Below are positions 22,520 to 36,889 of a stretch of 64,000 bases of DNA, one piece after another. Numbering within the stretch: the first letter of the stretch is position 1; each line of letters opens with the position of its first letter. The notes beneath the pieces were generated by a model that saw only the letters and a list, made by a program, of their open reading frames with translations, had not been told where the DNA came from and ran no database searches. This DNA comes from Lytechinus pictus. Taxonomy: Eukaryota. The stretch covers positions 8,434,001-8,498,000 of the forward strand of contig NC_087252.1 in NCBI RefSeq assembly GCF_037042905.1, given 5' to 3'. The position numbers were made by a program, and so were the translations under genes.

Positions 22520-22843
22520 CTATGATTCTCAGGTCTGTGTAGCCCCGTGTCGTTTCCCCCGTCTGAGGAACAACGACACAAGAATAGGTGGTCTCGTCCG
22601 CAATGGAGACCTCACTTATCAGAAGTGTGTAGTCTTCCGTGATTCTGAACCTCTCTATCCCTGGCACAGGATCAGACATTCCCAGGTATTCCCTGGCAAC
22701 AAGTTCGGCGTCATCATCAGGAGCTCCGGTGGAGTTGTGCTTGTACCAGTAGACGGCATGAGCAGAATCTGTGAAACTGCAGATCAGTGACGCATTTCTG
22801 CCACGCACTACATTCACTGATCTCTCAGTGTGAAGTTCGAATG
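22520..22843 (-). CDS. Ig-superfamily receptor gene, exon 2: V-type Ig domain
   Basis: Polypyrimidine acceptor ...ttttatAG, donor GTAAAT, 324 nt, phase 1-1. Motifs GRNASLICSF, VYWYK, RFRI..DYTLLISEV, DETTYSCVV. Confidence 0.9.
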
Positions 22844-23595
22844 CTATAAAAAAAGATAAAAACAATGCAACTTTGATAACAGGTTGTTTTTCGGAATATT
22901 CGTACAATGCACTGTGGAAAACCGTTTAAATTGTGAATACTGGCGCAGTCACATTGGTTGCAGGTTGTTGGTTATGAGTGGTTGGTTATTGGAAACATCC
23001 CTGGTTTTTAAACAAGATTATAGCATATGGTAGCAAACTTTTTTTTACCATAAAATAAATCAAGCACAATAGGTACACTACTGCTGTAAAGTACTTTTTT
23101 CATGAATTTCTTTAGTATGTTTTCTTATTTTTTTTTTTTACTTGTTGGGAGAATCCTTACTAGGCCTACGTGTAAGTCTTCATCTCTACTCCGATAAATT
23201 CTATTTCAATTTTTATGGGGCCTATTATGATTATTGAATCATACTTTTAAAGAAGTTTAACGGGGTCAAGTCCACCTTTTGAAAACAAAAAAATATTTGA
23301 ATCAATAGAATAAAATAAATCAAGCCTAAAGCTGACAAATTAATCAAAATGGGATTAAAAAAATAAGTTATATTTAGATTTTCGCATATTTATCGCAAAA
23401 GAGTTACATGCACAACTTAAATATATGTAAATCCTAGGTAAATTACCGTTATAATATCGATACATAAATTAACCTAAGTGAAACTAAACAAATCCTTTAT
23501 TTCTATAGACTACAGGATAAGTAGTGAAAAGCATTGTGGCATTAAAAATAATAAGAATAATATATTCATTAGTTTTACTATTATTACTATCATTA

Positions 23596-23647
<52 letters not shown>

Positions 23648-23654
23648 ATAATAA

Positions 23655-23875
23655 TGTGTGAAGTTATACATGTACAACAGCTTTGGCAACACTTTTATTT
23701 AATTATTGTGTGAAAGAAATGGATGAAGAGAACAATGGTAGGCGTAGCTTAAAATCAAGGTTCCCCGAAGCTATCTACCCTTTGAAAAAAATTGGGTGAT
23801 GCCGAAAAAATGTCTCTGCCGGGAATCGAACCCGGGCCCCCAGCTTTGAACGCCGGTGCCTTAACCACTAGACCA
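23655..23875 (-). mobile_element. Truncated copy of the tRNA(UCA)-bearing repeat beside (TA)n
   Basis: Matches 4231-4447; tRNA part 23811-23875 lacks the 5' acceptor strand. Confidence 0.85.
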
Positions 23876-23908
23876 TATAATAATAATAGCATATATACTA
23901 TATGAATG

Positions 23909-23954
<46 letters not shown>

Positions 23955-23959
<5 letters not shown>

Positions 23960-24176
23960 AAAGTTATTCATGTACAACAGCTTTTGGCAACTCTTTTTTA
24001 ATTTAAATATTGTAAAGAAATGGATGAAGAGAACAAAGGTAAGCGTAGCTTAAATCAAGGTTCCCCAGAGCTATCTACCCTTTGGAAAAACTGGTGATGC
24101 CGAAAAAATGTCTCTGCCGGGAATCGAACCCGGGCTTCCAGCTTTGAACGCCGGTGCCTTAACCACTATACCACAG
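23955..24176 (-). mobile_element. Second truncated copy of the tRNA(UCA)-bearing repeat, between (TG)n and (TA)n
   Basis: Matches 4231-4450 with a few substitutions; tRNA part 24109-24176. Confidence 0.85.
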
Positions 24177-24202
24177 TCTATATATATATATATATATATA
24201 TA

Positions 24203-25008
24203 GGGTTTAGTTGCAAAATGGGTTAGGTCCATATTGGACCATTCCGAGAAAAACCATGTATTTTATTATCACTTATTGCAATATTCTTATTTGAAACTTA
24301 ATAATTGTCATGATGTACTACCCTTTTATGTGAACATAAAATTGGGTATAAAAGAAATCTACCTGTCTTCAATTTTTTTCTATATATTAAAAAAAAAATC
24401 ATTGTGGGCCTAATCCCTTTTGCAAGCAAACTGAAATGAATCCAATCTCTTGATTAAAAAGGTGATTTTCCTCTACCATTTCATTCACGTTTTCATTTGA
24501 ATTTCAAATTTTCTTTCAGAGTGACTAAAAACTTAGAGCTAAAGAGATAGAAAACAATGAAATCTATGAAAAATGGACTTAACCCTATTGACAAATGAGT
24601 TCTTCAGAAGAATTTGGTTGCAAAAGGGGTTAGGTCCACTCCAAGAAAAACATTTTTTGTTGTTGCATATTGCAATATTCTTATATTCTTCTTATTCTTA
24701 TGCGAAAATGAATTTTCATGATACCCTACCATGAGAACATACAATTGGGTATAAAAGAAATCTAGTCTTTTCCAAAAGAAATATGTGTGGGTCTAACCCC
24801 TTTTGCAAGTAAACTGAAAAGGACCTAACCCCTTTTGAAAAAAAAGTTATTTTTCTTTGCCATTATAGTTTCTTTTTTTTAATAAGAATTTCATGTTTTC
24901 TTTGGTATCATCTTATAGAGCTTCTATATATATCTACAAATTGAGACATAAATTTCAAATTTCATGAAAAATGGACCTAAGTAAGTAACCCCTTTTGCAA
25001 GTGAGCTC
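24203..25008. mobile_element. Non-autonomous DNA transposon with repeated gcaaaaggggttaggtcc motifs (related copy ~41000-41860, opposite orientation)
   Basis: Inverted terminal motifs ttgcaaaatgggttaggtcc / aaccccttttgcaa; flanked by (TA)n. Superfamily not determined. Confidence 0.6.
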
Positions 25009-25068
<60 letters not shown>

Positions 25069-26516
25069 GACATATATACTTTTTTGTGGGGGCGATTTAA
25101 ACTCTTTAGGAAATTTTATGTTTTAATGTTTAATAAAAGTAATATTAATATTTGGCATTCATAGCGCCATCTAGTTTAACCTATAAAAATAGATAGATGG
25201 ATAAATAAATTAGTAAAACTCACAAACATACATTCAGGCACAGTAGTTTTAAAACCTAAATTGAGCAACGATATACATAAAAACTACAATTATACATTAA
25301 CAACATATTAAACATTATCAGCAAATGGAATTTGAAAAAGAAAATCCGATACATAGTCCTAAACGTTACAAAAAAGTGCTCATCTGTCGTTGCATACTTC
25401 ACTTGGATATAAATAAGTATATATAAAAAAAAGCAGATGCGCACATGGACATCATCAAAATGTAATATTAACATAAACACAATCCCAAAAAGATCGGCCA
25501 ATCTCACCTCATAAGGGCACACCTATCCCCGCACCCAGACACAAACACATACAATAAAAAGGCATGCTAAATAATGTGCATAGGGCTGCATAACATCGAA
25601 CCGATATTTTACGCCATATACAAAAAAAAACCCAGAAAATAAAAGGTAATGTCCTGTATTAAGAATTGCACGCCATTGCTGGAATGAGTTTGAATGGAAT
25701 AATATTTAAGGTAACGTAATTATTTCGTAATGAAAAGTTGCAGCATATTCTAATTGAATTGAATTGAATAGGATTGGTATGGTTTATTGAAACAAATATC
25801 AAACAGGCAGCTCGCAGGCTGAAAATGTTCAATTTACAAACAAAAATCAACAGAGATAGTAAAATTATACAATGGGGAGAGATATAACATAAATCAAATT
25901 AACATTGATAAAATGCCAAATGCAAATTATGGAAATAGCAATAAATCAACTTTCTAGTATAATGTTTGAATTAAAATAAAGAAACCAACAAATAGGGCTA
26001 AAAGAACAACAATGAACAAAAGCAGAAAAATAGTTGTGTCGTTGACGTAAAAGTCAAGTGATTGAAATTTAAATAAAGCAAGTCTGTTGCGTACACAAAA
26101 CAATCAATATTTGTTCAGGCCAAAATAATATGAAAAGAAACAGTAAACCTATGTGCAGCAAGGTGTCAAGGTTAAAGAAAATTCGACAAATTTTAACTGT
26201 TTCGAAATATTGCAAATTAATTGACAGATAAATAGGATTGAACATGGGATGACAATTAACTTAAGTACAGTATAATTAAACAAAATAAGAAAATGTCCCA
26301 GGATGTAAATATGTTTTATACAGAAATCAACATAATATTTATTTTCAAATAATGAACGATGAATTATTAAAGTGACTGATATTGTGACAATATGTGTCAA
26401 TTATTGCACAAATATAACAAAATTACGGAGAGAGTAATAGAAAGTTAAAACACACAAAAATAGAGTGGAAAGCATTATCAAATTTCATTGTCCAGACATC
26501 ATATATTTCAAGATTT

Positions 26517-26935
26517 TCAAAGGTTTGCGTTGAGTAGTCTTATCGCAGATGGTATTGTCGACGAACGGTAACGGGCCGTCCTGCACAGAGGGGTATCCAA
26601 GTGGTGAGAATAACGTAGACATCGAGATGACACTCCGCTGCGCAGGGGCGGAAGGAAATATCGATGCCGAGGGGAGGTCAGCAAACCCTTGGCAAAGGTA
26701 AGCAGCAACTGTTCGTAACGCTCGGACAGACGACTGATACCAAGTCTATTCAAAGCGTGTTCGTAGCAGACATATTGATCTCTCAGGATGATACGACATA
26801 CACGCTTTTGGATCTTTTCGATGTCATTAGCTTGATTCGTTGTTATGCGTGTGGACCACAATGGGGATGCATATTCTAATATCGGACGGATGTAAGTGGA
26901 ATATATATTCACTAGGTCGTGCATCGAGACTGACG
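26517..26935 (-). mobile_element. LINE 3' fragment (L2/CR1 group)
   Basis: DLVNIYSTYIRPILEYASPLW...IEKIQKRVCRII...RTARYRSSTIPSAIRLLN is a typical post-RT C-terminus. Confidence 0.8.
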
Positions 26936-29004
26936 CTATTTTTGCGTGTGTCGGATGTTGCACCCCAATTTGTCGCCGCTCATAGTACACAGCTCCTCGT
27001 CATAATATTTAAGGTTACCAAAAATTTTCTGTAGAATCTGATTTTTTGTACTATTTCCCCTATTTTGAGGGTACTGAACATGAATCTGCTTGTTGCCAAA
27101 TTTATAAATGCCGTCTTCGACCGTTGCCATGGCAACGGATTAATTTCTCAAAAATAGCATGTTTTCCCCTGTAAATGGTAGATAAACATGATATAAAATA
27201 GCAAATATATTAATTCAAGGTTCCAACTAGATACAAATGAAATTCAAAATATTTAGGATCATTAAAATGGTTTCAATTTGCCAGTTGCCATGGTAACGGC
27301 TCATTTTTCCTCCAAAAAATTTTGATTTAAAGTTGTAGAATGTTTTTTGTTTCATTTTCCCTGTGTTTAAGGTGTTAAACATAGGAGTGTTTTTTGCTAA
27401 ATGTATAAATACACTCTCATTCCATTGCCATGTCAACCAAATAATACCTAATTTGGTAAAAAAAAAAAGAAATAATATGGTATAAAAAGACAATGGCGAG
27501 AAATACAATAAAAGCGACCTACATGTATTGTAAACTACATGCGTTGGGTTTTTCCCACTCATTTACTACAAAAACTACATAAGTGTTATGCATGAGTTTA
27601 TTGGAATGATAGGAATTGATGTTGCCTTGACAATGCTTGAATTGAAAGATAAATATCAATATTGCAAATTGGCCGTTGCCATGGTAACAGCTTATTTTTT
27701 TTCTCAGAAAAGTATACAATTGATAACAAATATTGTAGAATCTGAATTTTCTTTCAATTCCCCTAATTATATGATGCTAGTTCTATATGTGCTTGTTGCT
27801 AAATGTATAAATACCATCTTAGGCAATTGCCATGGCAACCAAATAACATGGGGGAGATAATGGTGAAAATACCATGAAAATCACAATGTACATGCGCAAG
27901 GTTTGAACCATTAAATATTGAACAAAAAATACAATAAGTGGTCTGCATGAGTTCATTAGAAATAAAAGAACTGCTGTTGTCTTGGTATCACTTGCATTTA
28001 ATATAAATATAAATATGAATGTTGCAAACCTCCCATTGCCATGGTAACATTTCCCCTAATTTTAGGGTGCTCAACATACGTATGCTTGTTAATGTAAAAA
28101 TACTCTCTCTGGCCATTTTCAATTTAGAATTAAATCCAATCCACATAACATGTACTCAAATAAATTATCAAATTACACTCATTTTAATGCTGGACAATTT
28201 TTGAAGAAAAATTGTACTTATTCTGCATGAAATCCAGTATTGTAACTCCAAAATGACCGCAGATAGTCATTTTGAGTTTAGTGATTTTGGGGGATTTGTG
28301 CTTAAAAGTGTTCAATATAATAATAGGGGGGGGGGCATACACTTGATGAATGAAAATTTTAAATCTATGTCAGGAGGAAAAATGGTCGCGACCTCCTAAT
28401 CTGAGATTATTGCCAGAACCAAATTGGCAGGTGGTGTCCATTTTGGAAAAGTAAATTTAGAAATGTTTTCATAATTTTGGAAATATATTTCAACAAAATA
28501 TTTGATAATCATTAAATATAATTAATCATATTGCACAAGTTTCAGGTCATATGATTAAGGTCTGAGGTATTTTACGATCACCAAAATTTGACCATGTTGT
28601 ATTATCATCCTTGAATCTCATCAAGTTTCTGAAAAGGCAAACCTTTCAGAGTGCGTACATAAATCTATTTCAAGAAAATTGGACATAAAGGTATTCAACT
28701 ATCATATCATTGTGCATGAGTTTCAGGTTAAAGTTAATGAACTTTGACTGTACTGTGGTATCAGCATCAAAAACTTTACTTAGGTTTATTCATTTTCAAG
28801 ATAATTAGATACCATGTCACTAGGTGTAGGTCAAGGGTTTTTTGAGGTAAAAAAAAAACCCTTAGGATTCTATTATTAAATGAATAGGTTTTTCATGAAA
28901 GTCCCACATTTAGTCTACATTAAAATAAATACATACATTTTAACATTTATAGCACTTCATGTAAACATGCTCAAAGCACTTTCCAATATAATTGTGGGGG
29001 GGGG

Positions 29005-29260
29005 GGGTGTCGTGGTCTAGTGGTTAAGACTCTTTTTAATCTGAGGGATATGGGTTCGATTCCCAGCCAGGGTGTGTTTTCCTTCAGTAAGAAATTTATC
29101 CATATTGTGCTGCACTCAAGCCAGATGAGGTAAATTGGTACCTGCAGGAAGTACATGTAAGTCCTTAAAAAGGTGTGAGCACCGGATGTGGTAGTCTAGC
29201 TTAGCCGGGGTAAAATAGGAGCACTATACAAATCCTATATTGTGTTATTTATTATTATAA
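29005..29260 (+). mobile_element. tRNA-derived SINE (same family as 11665)
   Basis: tggtctagtgg, ggttcgattcc, tgtgctgcactcaagccagatgaggtaaattggtacc, and ATT tail. Confidence 0.75.
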
Positions 29261-29339
29261 AAATGAATAATTCTACTTTTCAAGTGCTTCAATACATAAA
29301 GTTGGTGTTACAAATAAAATGCATAGGTTTGTAAGCTTT

Positions 29340-29750
29340 AAAAAAACCAATTGTACAGAAGGACATGTACGGATTTTGAATATTGGGACCAGTGAAACTT
29401 ATGCACTGTTGACCTAAGTTGGGGGATAGAAAAAGGTCTGTAAACAAAAACCCAGCATGAAATGTATTGTGGTGTCAGGTTATTAATGGACAAGTAAACA
29501 AAGCAATACTTTACTAATTCTGTTTTTGACCAGTAGCAAGTAAATCTCTTTGAACTAAGGAAACACATGATCTTACTCTCTGGCCGTTGAAATGGTACCA
29601 ACTGCTCGATTCTGAATGTGCTGTAGTGACTATTATCTAGGCGGCTGAACACCAGTTCAAAGTCTCCCCAAGTGGTTATAAATATGAAGTAAAAAGTAAA
29701 GGTCCCAGTACAAAACCCTGAGGAACGCCATATTGCAACCCATGACCCTT
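29340..29750 (-). mobile_element. Decayed L2/CR1-type RT fragment
   Basis: Minus strand reads YGVPQGFVLGPLLFTSY near 29690-29735. Confidence 0.6.
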
Positions 29751-30699
29751 TTTTTCTTAATGGCTACCGACCGCGATTCGTTTTATTAAAGGAAAGGTCA
29801 GTATGTCAAAGGTAGTTCAGATTTTGATTTCTTGACTCTAAAACCCCAAATAAATATTTTGAACAACCCTCTATCAAAATGGAATCACCCCCTAAAATTG
29901 TCATTTTTCAAAATGACAGACAGCTGTCAGTTTGAATTTTTCATGGCGGTAATCTCTGATTATGCGGTCAAGTTTAGGTCAGTTAACTGTGTGGACTTAA
30001 GATTTTAATTTCCTAACCTCAAAAATCCCCATGTTGCTATTTTAAAAAGCTCATTTATAGCACAAATCAACCCAAATTCCTTTTTTTTTCAAACTGGCCA
30101 CCAGCAGCCACTCTGGATATTTTGATTATACTATAGTCAATCTCTGTTCAGGAGGTCAAGATCACTTCAACTCATCAAATAGACTTGAGATTTTGATTTT
30201 CTTTTCCCCTACAAAACTCATTATTTATATTTTTATCAGCTTTATAGCGAAATCCACCCAAATTTTTTTTTTTTAATGGTTTCCGGCAGCCATTTCAAAG
30301 TTTTTATACGAATTTCATGGTCAATTTTTCTTCATACAATTAATTGTCCAGAAACACATTATACATGAATGTGATTGGCAAATTTATTTTATCCCATTAA
30401 CCTTTAGCTTTAAAATATAGACATTTGTGTCCCTTAAATTGGCAGCCACCTTGGAGTTTGAAGTTGGGGGTAATTCAATTCAGCAAATAGATGTCACATG
30501 TCAATCTCTTGAAAACTACCCCTAAATCAATATTTCTGTCAGATTACTAGGCCAAATGGCCCAAAATATTCTCAAAATGGTCTCTAGCTGAATTCTCCCT
30601 AATTTCACAAACCCTTAGAAAAATTGGCATACTGGTTATTTTTTTATAAAATTTATTAGAGCACAAATGGTCAAAAACAGATCTTTACACTCCAAATTC

Positions 30700-32575
30700 C
30701 TCACTTGAACCTAGGAAGTGATTCGCTAGGTCCATAGGAGAGCTTGTGCGTCACAGACTGTAGATGGTTGGACCATAGGGTGACCCTTTGATTGTGCGCA
30801 GAGCCATCAAGGGATTCAGTCGAGTGAAGGAAGCTACATCTTGTTTTGAGTCTCTTTTTGGCAGGTTCATTGTTAAAGAGTGGATGAAGAGGGTGATCTT
30901 CTTGCTTGTTTTTTCCACCTACATGTATCTGCTGATGTGTGGATGGGCAATACCACACAGTAGGTAGAGATCATCTGCTCTTGTTTTGTCGCAGCCAGTA
31001 ATTGCTCTGCAAGCAGTATTCAGGTCTACATCAATCTTTGCAGCATGTGATGACCTAAAACGGATGGGGACTGCATACTCAGCAGTCAAGTAGCATACAG
31101 CAAGAGCTGTCGCACGGATGGTTTTGGCATCTGTTCCAATTTTATGTTGGCAAGCTTCTTCAGGATGCTGTTCCTTGCTCCAACTTCAGCCTTTGTATTG
31201 GAAACATGGTCTTTGTAGGTAAGGGAACTGTCTAGGGTGACATCAAGGTATATTGGCTTACTGGTGTGTTCCAACCATTTTCTATACCATCTATACCTTA
31301 ATTACTGGTCTGCATCTCTGTTTTTTAGGTGAAAAGCACTGAGTTGGGTTTTTTCTGGATTTGCCCAGAGATGATTTGCAGTGTAGTAAGGAGTCAGGCC
31401 TACCAGAGCATTGCTGAGTGCTTTTTCATCTCTTCAAAGGACTACATTGTATTTATGTGAAGCAATGCAAATGTCATCAGCATACAGGTAGCTCTCATTA
31501 TTTGCTAGATTGACTGGTCATTTGCGTAGATGCTAGAGAGTGGGACGATGATGCTTCCTTGTGGGAGACCTTTTGTGTGTCAGCCATCTGCTACTGGAAC
31601 CACTGAGATTCACAAAAACTGCTGATTTGAGAGCATGATCTGAATCATCTGTGTCAGCTTAAGCCTTCCTTTGTCATCTCAAAGACTTTCCTTGTGAGTA
31701 TTCGATGATTGTGTCATAAGCTGCAATGAGGTCAACAAAGGCTGCTCCAGTTATCAACCCTTTCTCGAAGCCATCTTCAATGTACTGTGCCAGATTCAGC
31801 AGTTGACTAGTACAGGACTTTCCTGGCCTCAATCATCCTGTTCTGGAATGAGGAGCTCATCCACCAAGGGAGCGATGTGGTTGAGTAGGAGCCTTTCAAA
31901 GATCTTGTATGTGTGACAAAGCAGAGATATGGGCCTGTGGCTCTTTGCGTTGGCTGGTTTTTTGCCTGGCTTAAGTAAGGCAACTACCCTTGATTTCCTC
32001 CATAAGTTTGGCATTGTGCTTTCACAGAGACAGTAGGTTAGCATGTCAAGCAGCCGTTGGCGTGCAACAGGTCCAAGATGTTTCATCTGCTCACAGATCG
32101 AGGACATCATCCAATCCAGCTGCCTTGCTGATCTTCATTACTTTGATAGCATTGCACAAGGCGTTCATGCTGAAAGGTCTTGTGAACTCAGATGACTCTT
32201 GGCAGACTGTCCGCACACTTTTAGGTTGGATCTTCGCGGGTGATTATGAGGGTTACCTTGGCTGTTCACTAGAAGCTGGTTGGCTACTTGGCCGGTGGTA
32301 ACTTGGGACCTAGATTGGGACTTTGTAGAGTCATTCCCAAGGATCCAAATCTGGTGTTTCTGCCGGCCCTGAGTATAGCTTGTACGGCATTCTTGTGGAA
32401 TATTCTTCCTTGATGATTTCTTCAGCAGCTCTAAAAATATGTCGAAATGAGTAGGGAGTGCAGGGAGGTTCTGAAGATATGTATCCAGATCGAAGGCAAA
32501 CTGCTCACAGTTTACTTTCTTCAGGTCGAAAAGTCTGCAGAAGGGAACTTTGCGAGGAGTGATGTTTACCATGGC
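30700..32575 (-). mobile_element. Decayed LINE, Ingi/Vingi-like RT (frameshifted)
   Basis: Fragments WRKSRVVALLKPGK...RPISLLCHTYKIFERLLL, YLDVTLDSSLTYKDH, ARNSILKKLA, VTTGQVANQLL. Confidence 0.8.
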
Positions 32576-34149
32576 ATCAGGCCATTTGCAACATTGATAT
32601 TTATTCTATAAAATCAAATCAATTAACCACTACCAAAGCAGCAGCAACAAGAATATCAATGTTTAGCAACCTACGTGTATACTTTGGCGGAAATGAAAGA
32701 AAAATCGGACTGTACATATTTTTATTAAAACTTTTTTGGTGTAAAATGAGCCGTTACCATGACAACAGGCCATTTGCAACATTGATATTTATTAGTAAAA
32801 TCAAGTGTTGCCAAGGGAACATCAATTTTTATTATTCTAATGAATTCATGCAGAATACTTACGTAATTTTGGTTTTGTTTTTGGTTTTGGTCATGTAGAT
32901 TAGTTCATTTTTACTGTACATCGCACCATTACCTTTTTTAACATGTTATTTTTTACCAAATAAGCTGGTATTTGGTTGCCATGGCAATTGTCTGAGATGG
33001 TACTTACATATTTACCAACAATCATATTTATTATTAGCAACCAAAACTTAGCGGAAATGAACCAAAAAAAATGTGACTCTATATGTTTTTATCATTTTTT
33101 TTCTTTTCTGAGAAAAATAAGATGTTGCCATGGCAACGGGTCATTTGCAATATTGATATTTATCTTTAAATTCAAGCATTCTCAAGGCAACATCAATCCC
33201 TATCATTCCAATAAACTCATTCATTACACTTACTGTAGTTTTTGTTCTAAATGCGTGGGAAAGACCCAACGCATGTCGATTAGGTCACTTTTATTGTATT
33301 TCTCGCCATTGTCTTTTTTTACCATGTTATTTCTTTTCTTTTAAACCAAATTAGGTATTATTTGGTTGCCATGGCAATGGAATGAGAGTGTATTTATACA
33401 TTGAGCAAAAACCACTCCCTATGTTTAACACCCTAAACGCAGGGAAAATGAAAAAAAAAGACAGATTCTACAACTTTAAATATTTTTTTAAACTTTTCTG
33501 GAGGAAATAAGAGCCGTTACCATGGCAACGGGCCAATTGGAACCAATTTGATGATCTTATATATTTTTGAATTTCATTTGTATTTAATTGGAACCTTGAA
33601 ATCAATCTATTGGCTAATTCATATCATGTTTATCTACCATTTACAGGGGAACACATGCTATTTTTTTTTTCGAAATTAATCCGTTGCCATGGCAACGGTC
33701 GAAGGAGGCATTTATAAATTTGGCAACAAGCAGATTCGTATTCAGCACCCTAAAAATAGGGGGATAAGCAAAAAAAAATCAGGTTCTACAGAAAATTTTT
33801 GGAATTCTTACTACTTGCCGCCTACTATCAGTTTGTGCAAACAAACAAAATAGGTCATGCAATTAGACCATTTGGCTGTTAGACGAATTTCAGTGGCGGA
33901 TCCAGGGGGTGGCGCAGGGGGCGCCCCCCCCCCAATATTTGAGCGGCGCCAAAGGCGCCGCCTAAAAATAAAAATTAAAAGAAAGAAAAGGCGCTGCTTG
34001 AAAAAATAAAAATAAAGGAAAGAAAAGAAAAGGCGCCGCTTAAAAAAAATTATACACTGATATAATATTAGCAACAGTAAGGAAAGACTATCCCCCACCA
34101 AAGCACAATCATATCATCTTCCTTTTTTTTTATACCCTTTTCCCAACAA

Positions 34150-34595
34150 CTTCGCCGGTTAAAAATAGTCAGCAGTGCGCTGTCTGCATATAACTGGCGC
34201 CAATCAAGAATAATCAGCGTCACCTTAATCTAAATCGGCGCCGGACAAGAATAATCAGCGCCATTTGGTTATAAATCGGCGCTGCCAGAGTCTTAACCGG
34301 CGCCGATAAAGAATAATCAGCTCCACCTAATAAAATCTAAATAGGCGCCGGACAAGAATAATCAGCACCACCTGGTTAAAAATCGGCGCCAGTCGATTAT
34401 GAATTGCCGCTGCCCGAATCTTACATGACGTCGGTAAAAATAATCAGCACTACTTGTTCTAAATCGGCGCCGGTCAAGAATAATCAGCGTCCCCTGGTTC
34501 CAATAAATTGGCGCCGGTAGAATAATGAAGAAGGTCCTATTGGCAACCAAATCTAGATCGGCGCCGGTCAAGAATGATCAGCGGCACCTGGTTAT
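34150..34595. repeat. Minisatellite of ~30-45-bp units (aatcggcgccggwcaagaataatcagc)
   Basis: Motif recurs roughly ten times with a GGCGCC core. Confidence 0.75.
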
Positions 34596-35074
34596 ACATT
34601 TTATTGTTGAATGGTCATAACAAAGGCATGTCCTTACAGAGTGGACTGGGGCGGGGCAGTTGCCCACAGATGTCATGAAATCTATAATTTGATATTTAAA
34701 AAAATCCCAAAATCATACAAAAGCGTAGAGAAAATCCTTTAATTTTGATCTTATTTTCCAATGCTTTAATACAAAAAAAAGGTCAGTCACTTTTCTTCTT
34801 TACACATTCCACACTGTGCCACCTCTATGGCCTTTTGTGTAAGACAGTTACTATAGTGTTTTATGAAGATGATTCGATATTTTAGTCCAAAACTTTGCTA
34901 AAACCCGTTGCTAGTACCGGGAGTGTATAATTTCGCAACCAGACGTATATTCGTTAGACCTTAAACCACTAAATATCATTTCAATGTATAAATACAGTTT
35001 GTCAGTACCTTTGTTTCAACGTTTAAATGTTTACGCCACAAAATTTGATTTATTTTCATCTTCCATTATGTTAA

Positions 35075-35679
35075 AGGTCAAGTCCATTAAAAAAAAATGT
35101 TGATTTTAATCAATAGAGAAAAATCAGGCAAGCACAATGCTGAAAATTACATCAAAATCCGATGGAAAATAAGAAAGTTATGACATTTCAAAGTTTCGCT
35201 TATTTTGAACAAAATAGTTATGTGAACGAGCCAGTTACATCCAAATGAGAGAGTCGATGATGTCACTCACTCACTATTTCTTTTGTTTTTTATTGTTTGA
35301 ATTATACAATATTTCAATTTTTACGAATTTGACGATTAGGACCTCCTTGCCTGAACCACAAAATGTTAAAATAATGGAATTCCACGTGTTCAGGGAGGAA
35401 TGAAACTTCATTTCACATGACATATAGACGAGAAAATCAAAATATTTCATATTTCATATAATAAAATACAAAAGAAATAGTGAGTGAGTGATGTCATCAG
35501 CTCCCTCATTTGCATACTGACTGAGATGTGCATACAACTGTTTTGTGAAATGAAGCGAAACTTTAAAATGGCATAACTTTCTTATTTTACATCCGATTTT
35601 GATGAATTTTTCAGTGTTATGCTTGTTGAATTTTTCTCTTTTTACTCAAATCAAGTTTTTGTTGGGGTGGACTTGTCCT
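35075..35679. mobile_element. Kolobok-like palindromic MITE
   Basis: TTAA-aggtcaagtcca ... tggacttgtcct-TTAA; the two halves are reverse complements. Confidence 0.8.
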
Positions 35680-36007
35680 TTAAATATTATTCATCTGATC
35701 ACTCAGGAAGAAGTTAAAAACAAAGATAACGATACTTGTAAAACTGGAGAACTATTTACAAAGCTCTGTCTTGAAGGATCTCTTTCTGAATTCAGGTCAT
35801 GAACATCATATTCAGTTTCATCAAAGTAGTTAGATAAAAATTACTCATCATTACAAATTGCATTAGATTTAATGAAAAGCATCACAATATATACCAAATT
35901 ATGTACATAGGTATATACATCATGTACATGAAAATTGAATGATAATTATATAAACCTGGATTGGTGATGTACTCCGAATGATTCATGACGGAGTATCATT
36001 GTATATA

Positions 36008-36738
36008 CAGAGGCGTCGATCCTGGGGGGGGGGGCGATCGCCCCACCAATGAAAATATGGGGGGAGCAAACATATCGTTTTGTACCCCCCCAATAATTCC
36101 GCATGTGCAAAAATAAAATAAGATGGTAATATTACACAGAAATCAGCAAGCGAGATTGAGATACACGACTCGTTCTTTATTTAAAATCGTGCTCAAATTG
36201 TCCGCTTCTCAGATTGGAATATAAAAAATTTCAGCTCGCGCTTCGCACTCGCATCATTTCTGTAGCAAAACCCCATACTTTTCATGATTAAATAGGTGAA
36301 TAGAATGTCCCGTTTTCAGTTCTAAACGTCAAAAGAACTCCCGCTTCGATTTTCAAAAATCTTTTGCTGGATATAATCTTGTTCTTTATTACAAACGTTC
36401 ATTAAACTGTCATTTTTTTTCAGATCGAAATATCAAAATTTTAAGCTCGCGCTTCGCGCTCGCATCTATTGTTTTTTTTTAGATACCCATCTTAATCATT
36501 GGTACCAAAAATGCATAGAATATCAAGCTTTCTGGTCAGAATATAAAGAAATTTCAGCTCGCCCTCGGCACTCGCATTATCTGTGTAGTGAGATATGTAT
36601 CCTCCTCATGACTTACTACAAACAGTCCTAAACAGGCACCTTTTTCCTGTTTTCAGGTCAGTATACTAACAAATTTCAGCTCGCGCTTCGCGCTCGCATT
36701 AATTTGTTGGTGAGATATGTGTCTCTATCTCATGAGTC

Positions 36739-36769
<31 letters not shown>

Positions 36770-36889
36770 TGCATTATGTGTGTGTGTGTGTGTGTGAGTT
36801 TCTTTGTTTTGTGTGATATCGAGCGCCTTTGGAAAGTTGATTCATGATTTTGCCCCCCAAATCTGAAAATAAAAGGATCGACGCCCCTG
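36008..36889. mobile_element. hAT-type MITE with gctcgcgcttcgcgctcgca internal repeats
   Basis: TIRs cagaggcgtcgatcc / ggatcgacgcccctg; 8-bp flanks tgtatata / tgtgtata. Confidence 0.7.

Larger units (their letters stand above)
27011..33809. mobile_element. Large foldback-type DNA element with ~1-kb inverted arms and nested LINE/SINE fragments
   Basis: ccaaaaattttctgtagaatctga (~27018) versus tcaggttctacagaaaatttttgg (~33780); arm homology runs ~27011-28000 versus ~32700-33809; many gttgccatggcaac motifs. Confidence 0.75.
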
